Assembly (NCBI GenBank): GCA_964514965.1
Contig: CAZETV010000001.1
Coordinates: forward strand, 1 to 32,000
Length of the DNA stretch: 32,000 bases
Origin: Candidatus Hadarchaeota archaeon
GTDB taxonomy: Archaea; Hadarchaeota; Hadarchaeia; Hadarchaeales; Hadarchaeaceae
Direction of reading: 5' to 3'
Within the stretch, counting starts at the first letter, position 1. Every line of letters begins with the position of its first letter. The position numbers were made by a program, and so were the translations under genes. This document shows, in pieces, positions 8,054-16,837 of the stretch. The notes below the pieces were generated by a model, which was not told the DNA's origin, made no database searches, and saw nothing but the letters and a program-made list of their open reading frames with translations.

Positions 8054-10339
8054 TCATGCAAGCCCCGCCAGCTCTACCGAGAACAGGCGAGACACCCCGC
8101 TTTTACCCATCGTGACACCGAACAAACGATCGGCCACAGACATCATCGAATCGTGCAGTGTGACGAGGATGACTTGCGACTCGCGCGAGGATCGGCCGAT
8201 GAGTTCCGCGACCCGACGAAGATTCTGGTCGTCGAGGTGGGCGTCGATTTCATCGAGCACATAGAGAGTGGTGGATCGGAAGCGCTGGAGAGAGAAGATA
8301 AAAGCAAGAGCGGTTAGTGCCTTTTCTCCGCCCGAGAGGGCCCCCACTCTAGTAACCTCCTTGCCTGCTGGTTTAGCCTCAATTTCAAGTCCTCCCTCGA
8401 ATGGGATTTCCTCGTTCTCCAAAATCAGCCCCGCTACACCTCCTGGCGATAGCTCGCTAAAAATCTTGCTGAAGTATTGTGAAATCTCGTTAAAAGTCTG
8501 CATGAACACTTCTTTTTTCTTTTCATCTATTTCTTGCATGAAATCGAGAATTGCCTGTTTCTCTGCGACCAGCTTGTCGTGCTTCATTTTTTCGGAGTTG
8601 TAACGGCGCTCAGCATTTCTGAAATCTTGGATAGCCCGGAAGTTCACAGGACCGAGCGCCTCGAGTTCTGTCTCCAGAGTTCCGACCCTTCGTTCAAGCT
8701 TGACCGGATCGGTATCAAGGGTAATCTCAACCTCTATCTTGGTTTGCTTTAGCTCTCCTTCGATATTTTCGAGTTGGGGCCGCAGCGAGGCCTCCTCGAC
8801 CTTGAATGTCTGTAGTTCGTTACTGAGTTGCTCGATTGGATTCTCTATGTTGCCTGCTTTCTTCTTGAGGCTTTCAACTTTGAGCCGAAGTTTTTCTCTT
8901 TCCTTGCGAAGGGTTCCAACCGATGACCGTTCCTTCTCTTCCAGCGAGGTTACTCTATCGAACTCAATCTGGGTTTCCTGAACTTTTTGTTGTAGCTGTT
9001 TCAGCCTATCATCCAGCTGGGAGCGCATAGCTTCCAAGCTTATTAGACGGTGCTGGAGTTGTGGTCTCGTATCGGGCTCATTTGGTTTGTCAAGCGGTGG
9101 TGCACTCTTGAGAAGCCCTGAAGCTTGCTCGAAATGTTTGGAAAAGTCGCCTAAAATAACACGTAAATCATCCAGGACCCCATGGAGTTCTTGAAGCACT
9201 TTTTCAGTTTCAGCGCTTGATCTGCTAGACTCAAAGGTTTGAGTTAGTGCGTTAAATCTTTCGTAAAGATTTTCGAACTTCGAAGAAAGAGAGGGTATTT
9301 TTTCAAGTGAAGTATCCCTCTCATCTTGAGGGGCAATTTCTTTGATGCGGACGCTAAGATCAACGATTTCTCGCTCTATTCTTGCTCGATCTCCCGTCGT
9401 CGAGTTGAGCATTTCTCCGAACAATTTGAGACGTTCTCGTATTTTTCCCGCCTCCGCAAACATTCCTGTATTCTGTTTTTCCTCTATGAGTTTCTCTATA
9501 TACCCAACTTTTCGATCATAGTTCCCAGCTTCGTCTAGAATTTTTCGACGCTTACCGCGCAGTTCTTGCAGCGCTTCTTCCTTCGCTTTTATTTTCTGCT
9601 GTAACTGCGAAAGTTTTTTCTTGCAATTGGCGCGCCGAACGTTGAGGAGCGCGGCCCGGATACGCCCAAGTTCCTGATTCAACTCTCTATATCTAATGGC
9701 ATCCTCCCGTTCAGATCGGAGTTTTTCCATCTGCACTGAAATCTCGCCGAGGATAGCGTCCATCGAATTGAGATTGGTCTTGACGCGCTGGAGTTCCGAA
9801 AGCGATTTTTGCTTTTTTTCATCGTACTCCGCGACCCCCGCAAGGTCGTCGATGATCGTCCGGCGGTCGACTGGGTCCATCTTTATGAAGCGGTCGACAT
9901 CCCCTTGCATGATGAAGTTGTAACCCCCTGGACTGGACATGGTTTTGGAGAGCATGTCAACGATTTCCTGCCGCGAGGCGCGCTTTCGGTTTATCCGATA
10001 CTCGCATTTGCCGCTGCGGTCCACTTTTCGGGATATTACCACAGCCGTTGAGTTGATGGGCAGCGCACCGTCTTCATTATTGAAATGGAGTAAAACCTCC
10101 GCAGAAGGAGCTGGGCGCTGGCTTTTTGCCCCATTAAAGAGGAAATCAGAAAAGCGCTCGGCGCGCATAAGTTTCGCGCTCATCCCACCCAGCACGAAGC
10201 AGAGCGCATCAACGACATTGCTTTTGCCCGAACCGTTTGGGCCAACAATAGCAGTCAAACCTTTCGAGAGGGGGATGCTTACCTTTGTGTTTCCAAATGA
10301 TTTGAACCCGCGGAGCTCAATCTTGCTTACGTATGACAC
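8054..10339 (-). CDS. smc: SMC-family chromosome segregation ATPase, short and hinge-less
   Basis: GPNGSGKSNVVDALCFVLG (Walker A), LSGGEKALTALAF (signature), LYVLDEIDAHLDD (Walker B/D-loop), ALGPVNFRAI. Only 761 aa with no hinge-like segment. GTG start. Confidence 0.93.
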   Translation of the reverse strand: MSYVSKIELRGFKSFGNTKVSIPLSKGLTAIVGPNGSGKSNVVDALCFVLGGMSAKLMRAERFSDFLFNGAKSQRPAPSAEVLLHFNNEDGALPINSTAVVISRKVDRSGKCEYRINRKRASRQEIVDMLSKTMSSPGGYNFIMQGDVDRFIKMDPVDRRTIIDDLAGVAEYDEKKQKSLSELQRVKTNLNSMDAILGEISVQMEKLRSEREDAIRYRELNQELGRIRAALLNVRRANCKKKLSQLQQKIKAKEEALQELRGKRRKILDEAGNYDRKVGYIEKLIEEKQNTGMFAEAGKIRERLKLFGEMLNSTTGDRARIEREIVDLSVRIKEIAPQDERDTSLEKIPSLSSKFENLYERFNALTQTFESSRSSAETEKVLQELHGVLDDLRVILGDFSKHFEQASGLLKSAPPLDKPNEPDTRPQLQHRLISLEAMRSQLDDRLKQLQQKVQETQIEFDRVTSLEEKERSSVGTLRKEREKLRLKVESLKKKAGNIENPIEQLSNELQTFKVEEASLRPQLENIEGELKQTKIEVEITLDTDPVKLERRVGTLETELEALGPVNFRAIQDFRNAERRYNSEKMKHDKLVAEKQAILDFMQEIDEKKKEVFMQTFNEISQYFSKIFSELSPGGVAGLILENEEIPFEGGLEIEAKPAGKEVTRVGALSGGEKALTALAFIFSLQRFRSTTLYVLDEIDAHLDDQNLRRVAELIGRSSRESQVILVTLHDSMMSVADRLFGVTMGKSGVSRLFSVELAGLA

Positions 10340-10604
10340 ATTTTCCGCCTTGGGAGGTTATTCACCCCCCGGTCCTCCTCCAACCTCCAAAACTAATTTT
10401 ATTTTCTTTTTGGGGTTAAAAATTTTTCGTTTTTTTAATTTTCGACGATTTCTATGGTAATTTGGTGAGATTAGATAGTTTCGGATTATGCATCTTTTGA
10501 GTTTTCTAGATTCCAAATTTTAAACCTGAGATAATAAGACGGTGATATTACGGCAAAATCCGCAGTTTGTACTTAAAAATTTAAAGTAGCACGGAGTAGT
10601 TATT

Positions 10605-11423
10605 TTGGATTGTATGGTTATCGAAAAGTTTCCTATAGCGAAATTGCCTGGCGTGGCTAGGCTGCGGGCCATGGCAGCGAAGTACTACGAGCAGCAGTTG
10701 TTAGATGAGGTAAAGCAGCGGGGAAACATTCCGCGGCACATAGCGATAATTTTGGATGGTAACCGTCGTTTCGCAAAGAAAGTAGGGTTAAACAAACTGC
10801 AGGGGCACGCTTTGGGGGCTAGAAAGCTCGAAGAGGTGTTGGATTGGTGCCAAGAACTCGGCGTTAAATACATCACAGTTTACGCTTTTTCGACCGAGAA
10901 CTTTAACCGATCGAGCGAAGAGGTAAAAGCGCTTATGGATTTGTTTGCTGAAAAATTCAAAAAAGTGGCTAAGGACGAACGCGTTCATAAGTATAAAATA
11001 CGCGTTCGCGCAATAGGTGATATAACTCACTTACCCGAGCAGGTAAGGAGAGCAATCGAGGAAGCACAGAAAATAACTCAGAGTTACAATGGTTATACCC
11101 TAAATATCGCTGTTGGCTATGGGGGCAGGGCTGAACTCGCCGAGGCGGTCCGGAAGATATGCGAACGCATCAAACGAGGCGAACTCAAACCCAGCGATGT
11201 TAACGAAAGTATCATAAATAACTACCTCTACACCGCTGGCATGCCCGACCCAGATTTGGTCATTCGCACCAGCGGGGAGGAGCGGCTGAGCGGTTTTCTG
11301 CTCTGGCAGTCGGCTTACAGCGAACTCTACTTTTGCGAGGCGAACTGGCCCGAGTTCAACAAGATCGAGTTTCTGCGTGCTGTTCGCACCTACCAAGGGC
11401 GAGAGCGAAGGTTAGGAACATGA
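10605..11423 (+). CDS. uppS: cis-prenyltransferase (polyprenyl diphosphate synthase)
   Basis: HIAIILDGNRRFAK, GHALGARKLEEVLDWC, YAFSTENFNR, PDLVIRTSGEERLSGFLLWQSAYSELYF. Confidence 0.95.
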   Translation: MDCMVIEKFPIAKLPGVARLRAMAAKYYEQQLLDEVKQRGNIPRHIAIILDGNRRFAKKVGLNKLQGHALGARKLEEVLDWCQELGVKYITVYAFSTENFNRSSEEVKALMDLFAEKFKKVAKDERVHKYKIRVRAIGDITHLPEQVRRAIEEAQKITQSYNGYTLNIAVGYGGRAELAEAVRKICERIKRGELKPSDVNESIINNYLYTAGMPDPDLVIRTSGEERLSGFLLWQSAYSELYFCEANWPEFNKIEFLRAVRTYQGRERRLGT

Positions 11424-12211
11424 AGGCTGAAATCGCGATAATTGGCGGGTCTGGCGTTTATTCAATAGGCATACTTGAGAACCCGAGCGCCATCGTTGTG
11501 AGTACCCCATACGGCAACTCGCTTGAAATTGTTATCGGCAAGTTGGGCGGACATCGAGTTGCGTTCTTACCCCGGCACGGTAAGAAACACACTGTGCCAC
11601 CTCACCTCGTTAACTATCGCGCTAACCTTTGGGCACTCCGTGAGCTGGGCGTGAAGCGGGCACTAGCGACAACCGCCTGTGGCTCACTCAACCCCAAGAT
11701 GCGCCCCGGGGAGCTGGCGTTGCTATATCAGTTTATCGATTTCACGAAACGGCGCACCCAGACTTTTTATGAAGGGGGGGAAAAAGGCGTCGCCCACGTC
11801 GATGTCACGGAACCTTACTGCTCCGAGCTAAGGAATATCTTGTTTAAAACAGCCAGAGACCTTAAACTCAAGCTTCACCCTCGCGCGACCTATGGATGCA
11901 CTGAGGGCCCGCGTTTCGAGACGGCGGCGGAAATCAAAGCGCTACGCTACTTGGGCTGCGATCTCGTGGGGATGACGAACGTGCATGAGTGCGTGCTAGC
12001 GCGAGAACTCGAAATCTGTTATGCGGCAGTCGCGGTCGTAACAAACTTCGCGGCAGGCATTTCAAAAACAAAGCTCACCCACACAGAAGTTGCCGGCCTA
12101 ATGAAAGAGAACATAGATCGAGTTCAAAAGCTGATGTTTAAAGCAATCACTAGAATACCCAAAAAGCGCTCGTGTGCATGTGGTCATGCACTTGAGGGGG
12201 CAGTGGTGTAG
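11420..12211 (+). CDS. mtnP: S-methyl-5'-thioadenosine phosphorylase family
   Basis: IIGGSGVY, FLPRHGKKHTVPPHLVNYRANLWAL, EGPRFET, VGMTNVHE. ATGA overlap with the uppS stop. Confidence 0.92.
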   Translation: MKAEIAIIGGSGVYSIGILENPSAIVVSTPYGNSLEIVIGKLGGHRVAFLPRHGKKHTVPPHLVNYRANLWALRELGVKRALATTACGSLNPKMRPGELALLYQFIDFTKRRTQTFYEGGEKGVAHVDVTEPYCSELRNILFKTARDLKLKLHPRATYGCTEGPRFETAAEIKALRYLGCDLVGMTNVHECVLARELEICYAAVAVVTNFAAGISKTKLTHTEVAGLMKENIDRVQKLMFKAITRIPKKRSCACGHALEGAVV

Positions 12212-12213
12212 GT

Positions 12214-12468
12214 CTAACTCTCTCCCTCGTAAAATTCCTCGTAGTACTCTGGGGGCTCGAGCTCGTACTCCCGTTCTGCTGGCTTTTTCTTCTTCTTCGT
12301 CTCGATGATGACGGGAACCTCTTTCGGCTCTTTTCCCTTCTCGCTGATTTTGTAAGCTGCACGTTGCTTTATCTTGCTTTTATAACCGCAACGAGGGCAG
12401 GCCAGTCGCCTTGAACGTCCAATTTTCGTAGGAAAGAGCATACTTCCACACTTTGGGCAAAATTCCAT
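12214..12468 (-). CDS. TFS/RPB9-like protein containing only the N-terminal zinc ribbon, plus acidic tail
   Basis: MEFCPKCGSMLFPTKIG...LACPRCGYKSK; start at the Met at 12466-12468; C-terminal TFS ribbon absent. Confidence 0.75.
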   Translation of the reverse strand: MEFCPKCGSMLFPTKIGRSRRLACPRCGYKSKIKQRAAYKISEKGKEPKEVPVIIETKKKKKPAEREYELEPPEYYEEFYEGES

Positions 12469-12640
12469 AAGCGTCACCAACAAGGTTGAATTTTTAGGGG
12501 TAAAACTCCTTTATAAACCTATCGCTCTACCTTGGCTTTGTTGAATAAGTCATTTTTCACCCCCACTTTTTAAACACGAACCACTTTTTAAACAAAGCCG
12601 CTCTACCTCAGAGCCGGCACAGGCAAGGAAGAAACTGCTT

Positions 12641-12952
12641 TCACTTAATCTTGGCTGCAACCCGCTCGATACGATCTTTCATCGTCCGAAGCTCATCCAA
12701 ACGCTCGTCTATGCGGAGTGTCGTGACCACGCGCTTGGCGCCAGCATCGATGACGGCCCGGTGCGCAGCTTTCGTGATTCCCAGCGCGGTCTCCAAATCA
12801 GCCTCAAAGACTGTGCTGGCCGGGCAGAGACGGTATTTCACTCCAGACCGCTTGACCTCGCGTAGTGCGGTTGCAATATAATCACTCAAACTCGTGCTCG
12901 AAGTCCCGATCGGCACCACCGAGAGTTCGGCTACCACAAATCTTTTCACCAT
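12641..12952 (-). CDS. MTH1187/YkoF (DUF77) family thiamine-binding protein
   Basis: AELSVVPIGTSSTSLSDYIATALREVKRSGVKYRLCPASTVFE. Confidence 0.88.
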   Translation of the reverse strand: MVKRFVVAELSVVPIGTSSTSLSDYIATALREVKRSGVKYRLCPASTVFEADLETALGITKAAHRAVIDAGAKRVVTTLRIDERLDELRTMKDRIERVAAKIK

Positions 12953-12989
12953 CTCACCAATTAGCCCTTAATATGTTGACCCAATAAGT

Positions 12990-14450
12990 ATGCGCGGTGA
13001 ACGAGTGTACCTCATATTAGGCTGCGGTGATGTCGGATTTTCGGTGGCGAGCAGGCTCAAGAAGCGGGGCGCGGAGCTGGTGGTGGTTGATAAGGACGTC
13101 AAAAAAATCGAATGGTTCAAGAAGGCGGGTTACAGCGCTTTCGTGGGCGACTTTTGCCTGCCCTATGTGCTCAAAGACGCCGGAATCTCGCGAGCGGAGG
13201 TTATACTTATCATGGTTCCCGATTTCCGCGCCACCAAGCAGGCGCTGGGGGCGATTAACAGCTTGAAAGTAGAGCTGAAGATAGACCCCGTAGTGGTCGC
13301 TCGAGTTATAGACGAGGCTGAGACGACGGAAGTCAAGCGCTTGGGTGCCAGTGATGCTTTGCCATCGTCCCAAATCCTCGCGAACTTTACCCTCAGTAGG
13401 TTTGAGGAGTTGAAAGGGATGGTGAAAGAAAAGCGCCTACGCGCGTTGCTTCGGGGACTCGGGGGGAGGATAGCGATTGTGCTCCAGACAAACCCCGATC
13501 CAGATGGGATTGCGAGTGGTGTGGCATTGAAGCGTTACGCTAAAGCGTTTGGAATAGATGCCGACATCATTTACGATGGAAGTATAGGCCACCAGCAGAA
13601 CCGCGCCTTCGTTAATTTGCTAGATTTGAATCTACTTCGTGCTGAGGAAATCAATTTCAAAGACTATACCGCGTTTGCGCTCGTTGATGTTGCAACCCAC
13701 GCTAACTGCGCCCTCCCAAAAAATATCTTGCCTACAATTGTAATCGACCACCACCCAGTGCCCTCAAGCGAAGTGCAGGCTAGATATCAAGACATCACTA
13801 TCGTCGGATCCACATCAACGCTCTTGACGAATTATCTCAGGTACGCTGCGGTGGAGATTGATGGGGCGACTGCAGATGCGCTTGTGATCGGGATCCTGAC
13901 TGACACAATGAACTTCACCAGGGGAACCACACCTACCGATTTCGACGCCTTCAAATATCTCATGAAGCTGACGGACGTTGAGCTGCTCGGGAAGCTCCAG
14001 TCCCCAGCAATTTCGTCCGAGGCTCTCGACGTGCTCGCGCGCGCCATCAAAGGAAGCAAGCTCAAAGGGGGCTATCTGATAACGAACGTCGGAGAAGTTG
14101 ATGATCGGGACACTCTCCCCCAAGCCGCGGACTTCCTCCTCAAACGCGAGGGGGTGCAGACTGTGTTGGTCTACGGGATATGGAATAACTCAGTCTGCGT
14201 TTCAGCTCGAACGAACGACATAGCCATACATCTCGGGCAGACACTCAGGCAGGCTTTCGGCGAAATCGGCTCGGCTGGGGGGCACGCGCGCATGGCCGGG
14301 GCGATGATTCCCCTTAAATCCATCAAGGCAACGAGCAAGCGGGTTCTTAAGCGCGCAATCGATCGACAGGTGGGTAGAAAGTTTTTCGAGGTGGTTGGGA
14401 TTACCAAGTCGAGCAAGCGGAGAACCGCCAGGTCGAGGAGAAAGCGGTAA
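12990..14450 (+). CDS. TrkA-N (RCK) domain fused to DHH/DHHA1 phosphoesterase
   Basis: LILGCGDVGFSVASRL...VVVDKD Rossmann; NPDPDGIASG, VDVATH, IDHHPV, GSAGGHARMAGA. Confidence 0.9.
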   Translation: MRGERVYLILGCGDVGFSVASRLKKRGAELVVVDKDVKKIEWFKKAGYSAFVGDFCLPYVLKDAGISRAEVILIMVPDFRATKQALGAINSLKVELKIDPVVVARVIDEAETTEVKRLGASDALPSSQILANFTLSRFEELKGMVKEKRLRALLRGLGGRIAIVLQTNPDPDGIASGVALKRYAKAFGIDADIIYDGSIGHQQNRAFVNLLDLNLLRAEEINFKDYTAFALVDVATHANCALPKNILPTIVIDHHPVPSSEVQARYQDITIVGSTSTLLTNYLRYAAVEIDGATADALVIGILTDTMNFTRGTTPTDFDAFKYLMKLTDVELLGKLQSPAISSEALDVLARAIKGSKLKGGYLITNVGEVDDRDTLPQAADFLLKREGVQTVLVYGIWNNSVCVSARTNDIAIHLGQTLRQAFGEIGSAGGHARMAGAMIPLKSIKATSKRVLKRAIDRQVGRKFFEVVGITKSSKRRTARSRRKR

Positions 14451-14461
14451 TTTTTGTTTGG

Positions 14462-15325
14462 TTGGTGAGGGGCGCTCGTATGCGATATCTGCGGGAGACT
14501 CTTCGCAGTGTGCTCACCCCCAAAGAAATTGAACTCCTCCCTGCGGGCTTCAATCGCATCGGACACATCGCGATTATCTCCTTGCCCCTGCAACTCCTGC
14601 CCAAACAAGATGAAGTTGCGCGGGCTTTGCTTAAACTTAAAGGGATACGGGCCGTCGCGCTGCGGGAAGGCGTGATTTCTGGAAGATACCGCAGGCCGAA
14701 GCTGAAGGTAATCGCTGGCGACCCAGTGACGGAGACTGTGCATAGTGAGAATGGTTGCCTGTTCAAACTCGATGTTGCTCAGGTGATGTTTTCATTGGGC
14801 AACGTTTACGAACGTGCGCGGCTGCCAAAACTCGTCCAACCGAGTGAGACCGTCGTTGATTTGTTTGCAGGGGTTGGGCAATTCAGCATCCCAATCGCTA
14901 AAAACGCTAGGCCGAGCCAAGTTTACGCAATCGAACTTAATCCAATCGCCTATGGTTACCTGCGCGAGAATATCAGGCTGAACCGAGTTGGGCATATCGT
15001 AAAACCATTGCTGGGCGATTGCTCGGTGGTAGCTCCTCGTGGTGTCGCGGATCGGGTGGTGCTTGGCATTCTGCACGTGACCCATCAGTATCTCCCGATT
15101 TCGCTCGAGGTACTCAAACCTAGCGGAGGTGTCATCCACTATCATGAAAGTGTGCCTTCAGAACTGCGGTTCGAGCGGCCGGTCAAACGCGTGTTCGACG
15201 CAGCGGCTGGGCGAAAGGTTGAAAGTTTGGACAAGCGCGTCGTCAAGCGTTATGCGCCCGGAGTTGACCATATTGTCGTTGATGCAAGAATAGGGAAAGC
15301 GAGTAGTAAAAATATCCTGTATTAA
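14462..15325 (+). CDS. Taw2/Trm5-family tRNA(Phe) modification methyltransferase/transferase
   Basis: FKLDVAQVMFSLGNVYER, VVDLFAGVGQFSIPIA, AIELNPIAYGYLRENIRLN; LHVTHQYLP resembles the Taw2 type more than the Trm5 NLP motif. Likely start is the second Met (MRYLRETL). Confidence 0.82.
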   Translation: MVRGARMRYLRETLRSVLTPKEIELLPAGFNRIGHIAIISLPLQLLPKQDEVARALLKLKGIRAVALREGVISGRYRRPKLKVIAGDPVTETVHSENGCLFKLDVAQVMFSLGNVYERARLPKLVQPSETVVDLFAGVGQFSIPIAKNARPSQVYAIELNPIAYGYLRENIRLNRVGHIVKPLLGDCSVVAPRGVADRVVLGILHVTHQYLPISLEVLKPSGGVIHYHESVPSELRFERPVKRVFDAAAGRKVESLDKRVVKRYAPGVDHIVVDARIGKASSKNILY

Positions 15326-15569
15326 AATTCTGGTGTCCTATTTGTGATCTTCTTTCCCGCTCTAGCAATAGGCTTCCACAGTTCTCGTGTGATAAGTTCT
15401 TCGTCGAGATGCAAGTTTGATCTCGCTACCGGAAGCTTGCGAGGTTTATTGTTCCCGAACTCTAGACGCACAGCACCTCTTTTTTGCTGGGAAATTTTGC
15501 CCCAGAAAAAGCGGTATAAATTGAAGATTCTAAAGTTTGCATAAAATCAATGAAGAAGGCGTGACAAAG

Positions 15570-16793
15570 ATGGTGGAATCTGGAACGGAAACCTCGGGTG
15601 AGGGGCATGGCATCAAAACCCTCAAATCGCTTCAGTTCGTTCAGTTGGCGGGGTGGGGGACATTTTCTGTTTTCTTCCCGCTTTACCTTAGGGCGTGTGG
15701 CGTTTCCTACACAGAGATAGGGGTCATAGTGGGGGTTCCTGTGTTCATTGGGATTTTTACGAGCGTCATGTGGAGCCTTTTCTCGGATATCATCGGGAGG
15801 AGAAAACCATTTCTGGTCCTAGCCTCTTTTGTCATGGTATTGTTCACATTTGCGGTCACCCTAGTATCCTCGTTTGAATGGTTTTTTCTGCTAGGGGTGA
15901 TAAGGGCTCTTGCGTCCCCTTTATTCCAAGGGCTGATGATAACGAGCTGGTTTAGAACCTCTACTCATCCAGGCAGAGCCACCTCATTTTCAAGTTTTGC
16001 GGTTTGGGGTGCTATTGGTTGGGCGATTGCGACGGCGCTAGCAGGGATGGTGGCCTTTTTCTTTGGGCTAAAATCAGCCATGTACTTTGCAGGAATTCTG
16101 TACATATTCGCAACAGTTTTTTCTCTTAGAATACCAGAACTTGTGGATTCTCGGAGAAATTCCCCAAGGAGAAATCAACACCGCGTGACGCTTGCAGGCA
16201 AAATCTTGAGTTATTTTGCCCCATTATACGAAGCTATGAAAAATAAGAAAATGATGGTTCTCCTTTTGACTTCTTTCCCGCTAGCGTTGGCGCTGAACGC
16301 GTTTCGGCAGTTCTTTTCCGTGTACTTAAATTTTCTTGGAGGTTCATTCATACTCATAGGTTTCGTCTTCGCGTTTCCAGCCCTCGTGGAGATTCCTGTT
16401 TTTCTCCGCGTGGGTAAACTTTCAGACAAGCTTGGTGCGAGAAAGCCATTGTTGATTTTTTCCAGCGCGATATACAGTTTGCTTTTCTTCATTGTTTTTT
16501 TAATCTCGAGCCCTCTTCTGATTCTCGTTGTCTATTCATTGATTGAGCCACTCGCTTGGCCTCCCTTTTTCACGGGAACTTCCACATTGATTTCGGAGGT
16601 CGTGCCGCGTGAGAGTTGGGTCACAGGGCAAACAGTGTTCTCTATTTGGATGTGGTCCATTGCTGGACTTATTGGTCCGCTCGCGGGTGGAATTATTTCG
16701 GATATATGGGGCCTGCCTGTAGTACTTGTTATCACATCACTTCTGGGAGCAATTTCAGGCCTATTCTACTTTTTATGGATCAAAGAAAAGTAG
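15570..16793 (+). CDS. major facilitator superfamily transporter
   Basis: About 12 hydrophobic segments; LFSDIIGRRKPFLVLA between TM2 and TM3 and VGKLSDKLGARKPLL in the second half. Start uncertain (15537-15570). Confidence 0.85.
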   Translation: MVESGTETSGEGHGIKTLKSLQFVQLAGWGTFSVFFPLYLRACGVSYTEIGVIVGVPVFIGIFTSVMWSLFSDIIGRRKPFLVLASFVMVLFTFAVTLVSSFEWFFLLGVIRALASPLFQGLMITSWFRTSTHPGRATSFSSFAVWGAIGWAIATALAGMVAFFFGLKSAMYFAGILYIFATVFSLRIPELVDSRRNSPRRNQHRVTLAGKILSYFAPLYEAMKNKKMMVLLLTSFPLALALNAFRQFFSVYLNFLGGSFILIGFVFAFPALVEIPVFLRVGKLSDKLGARKPLLIFSSAIYSLLFFIVFLISSPLLILVVYSLIEPLAWPPFFTGTSTLISEVVPRESWVTGQTVFSIWMWSIAGLIGPLAGGIISDIWGLPVVLVITSLLGAISGLFYFLWIKEK

Positions 16794-16837
16794 GTCAGGA
16801 ATTCGTAGAAGGTTATCAGTTTTTTGCTGGTAGCTTG

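Noticed and set aside
8054-10339. Rad50 or RecN rather than SMC
   Set aside because: No CxxC hook. The head motifs (EYDEKK, GPVNFRAI, LDEIDAHLDD) and the scpA/scpB linkage fit SMC.
10353-10388. GGAGGTT...AACCTCC inverted repeat upstream of smc
   Set aside because: Only 7 bp with a 22-nt C-rich loop; it could be chance or an operator, but support is too weak to call.
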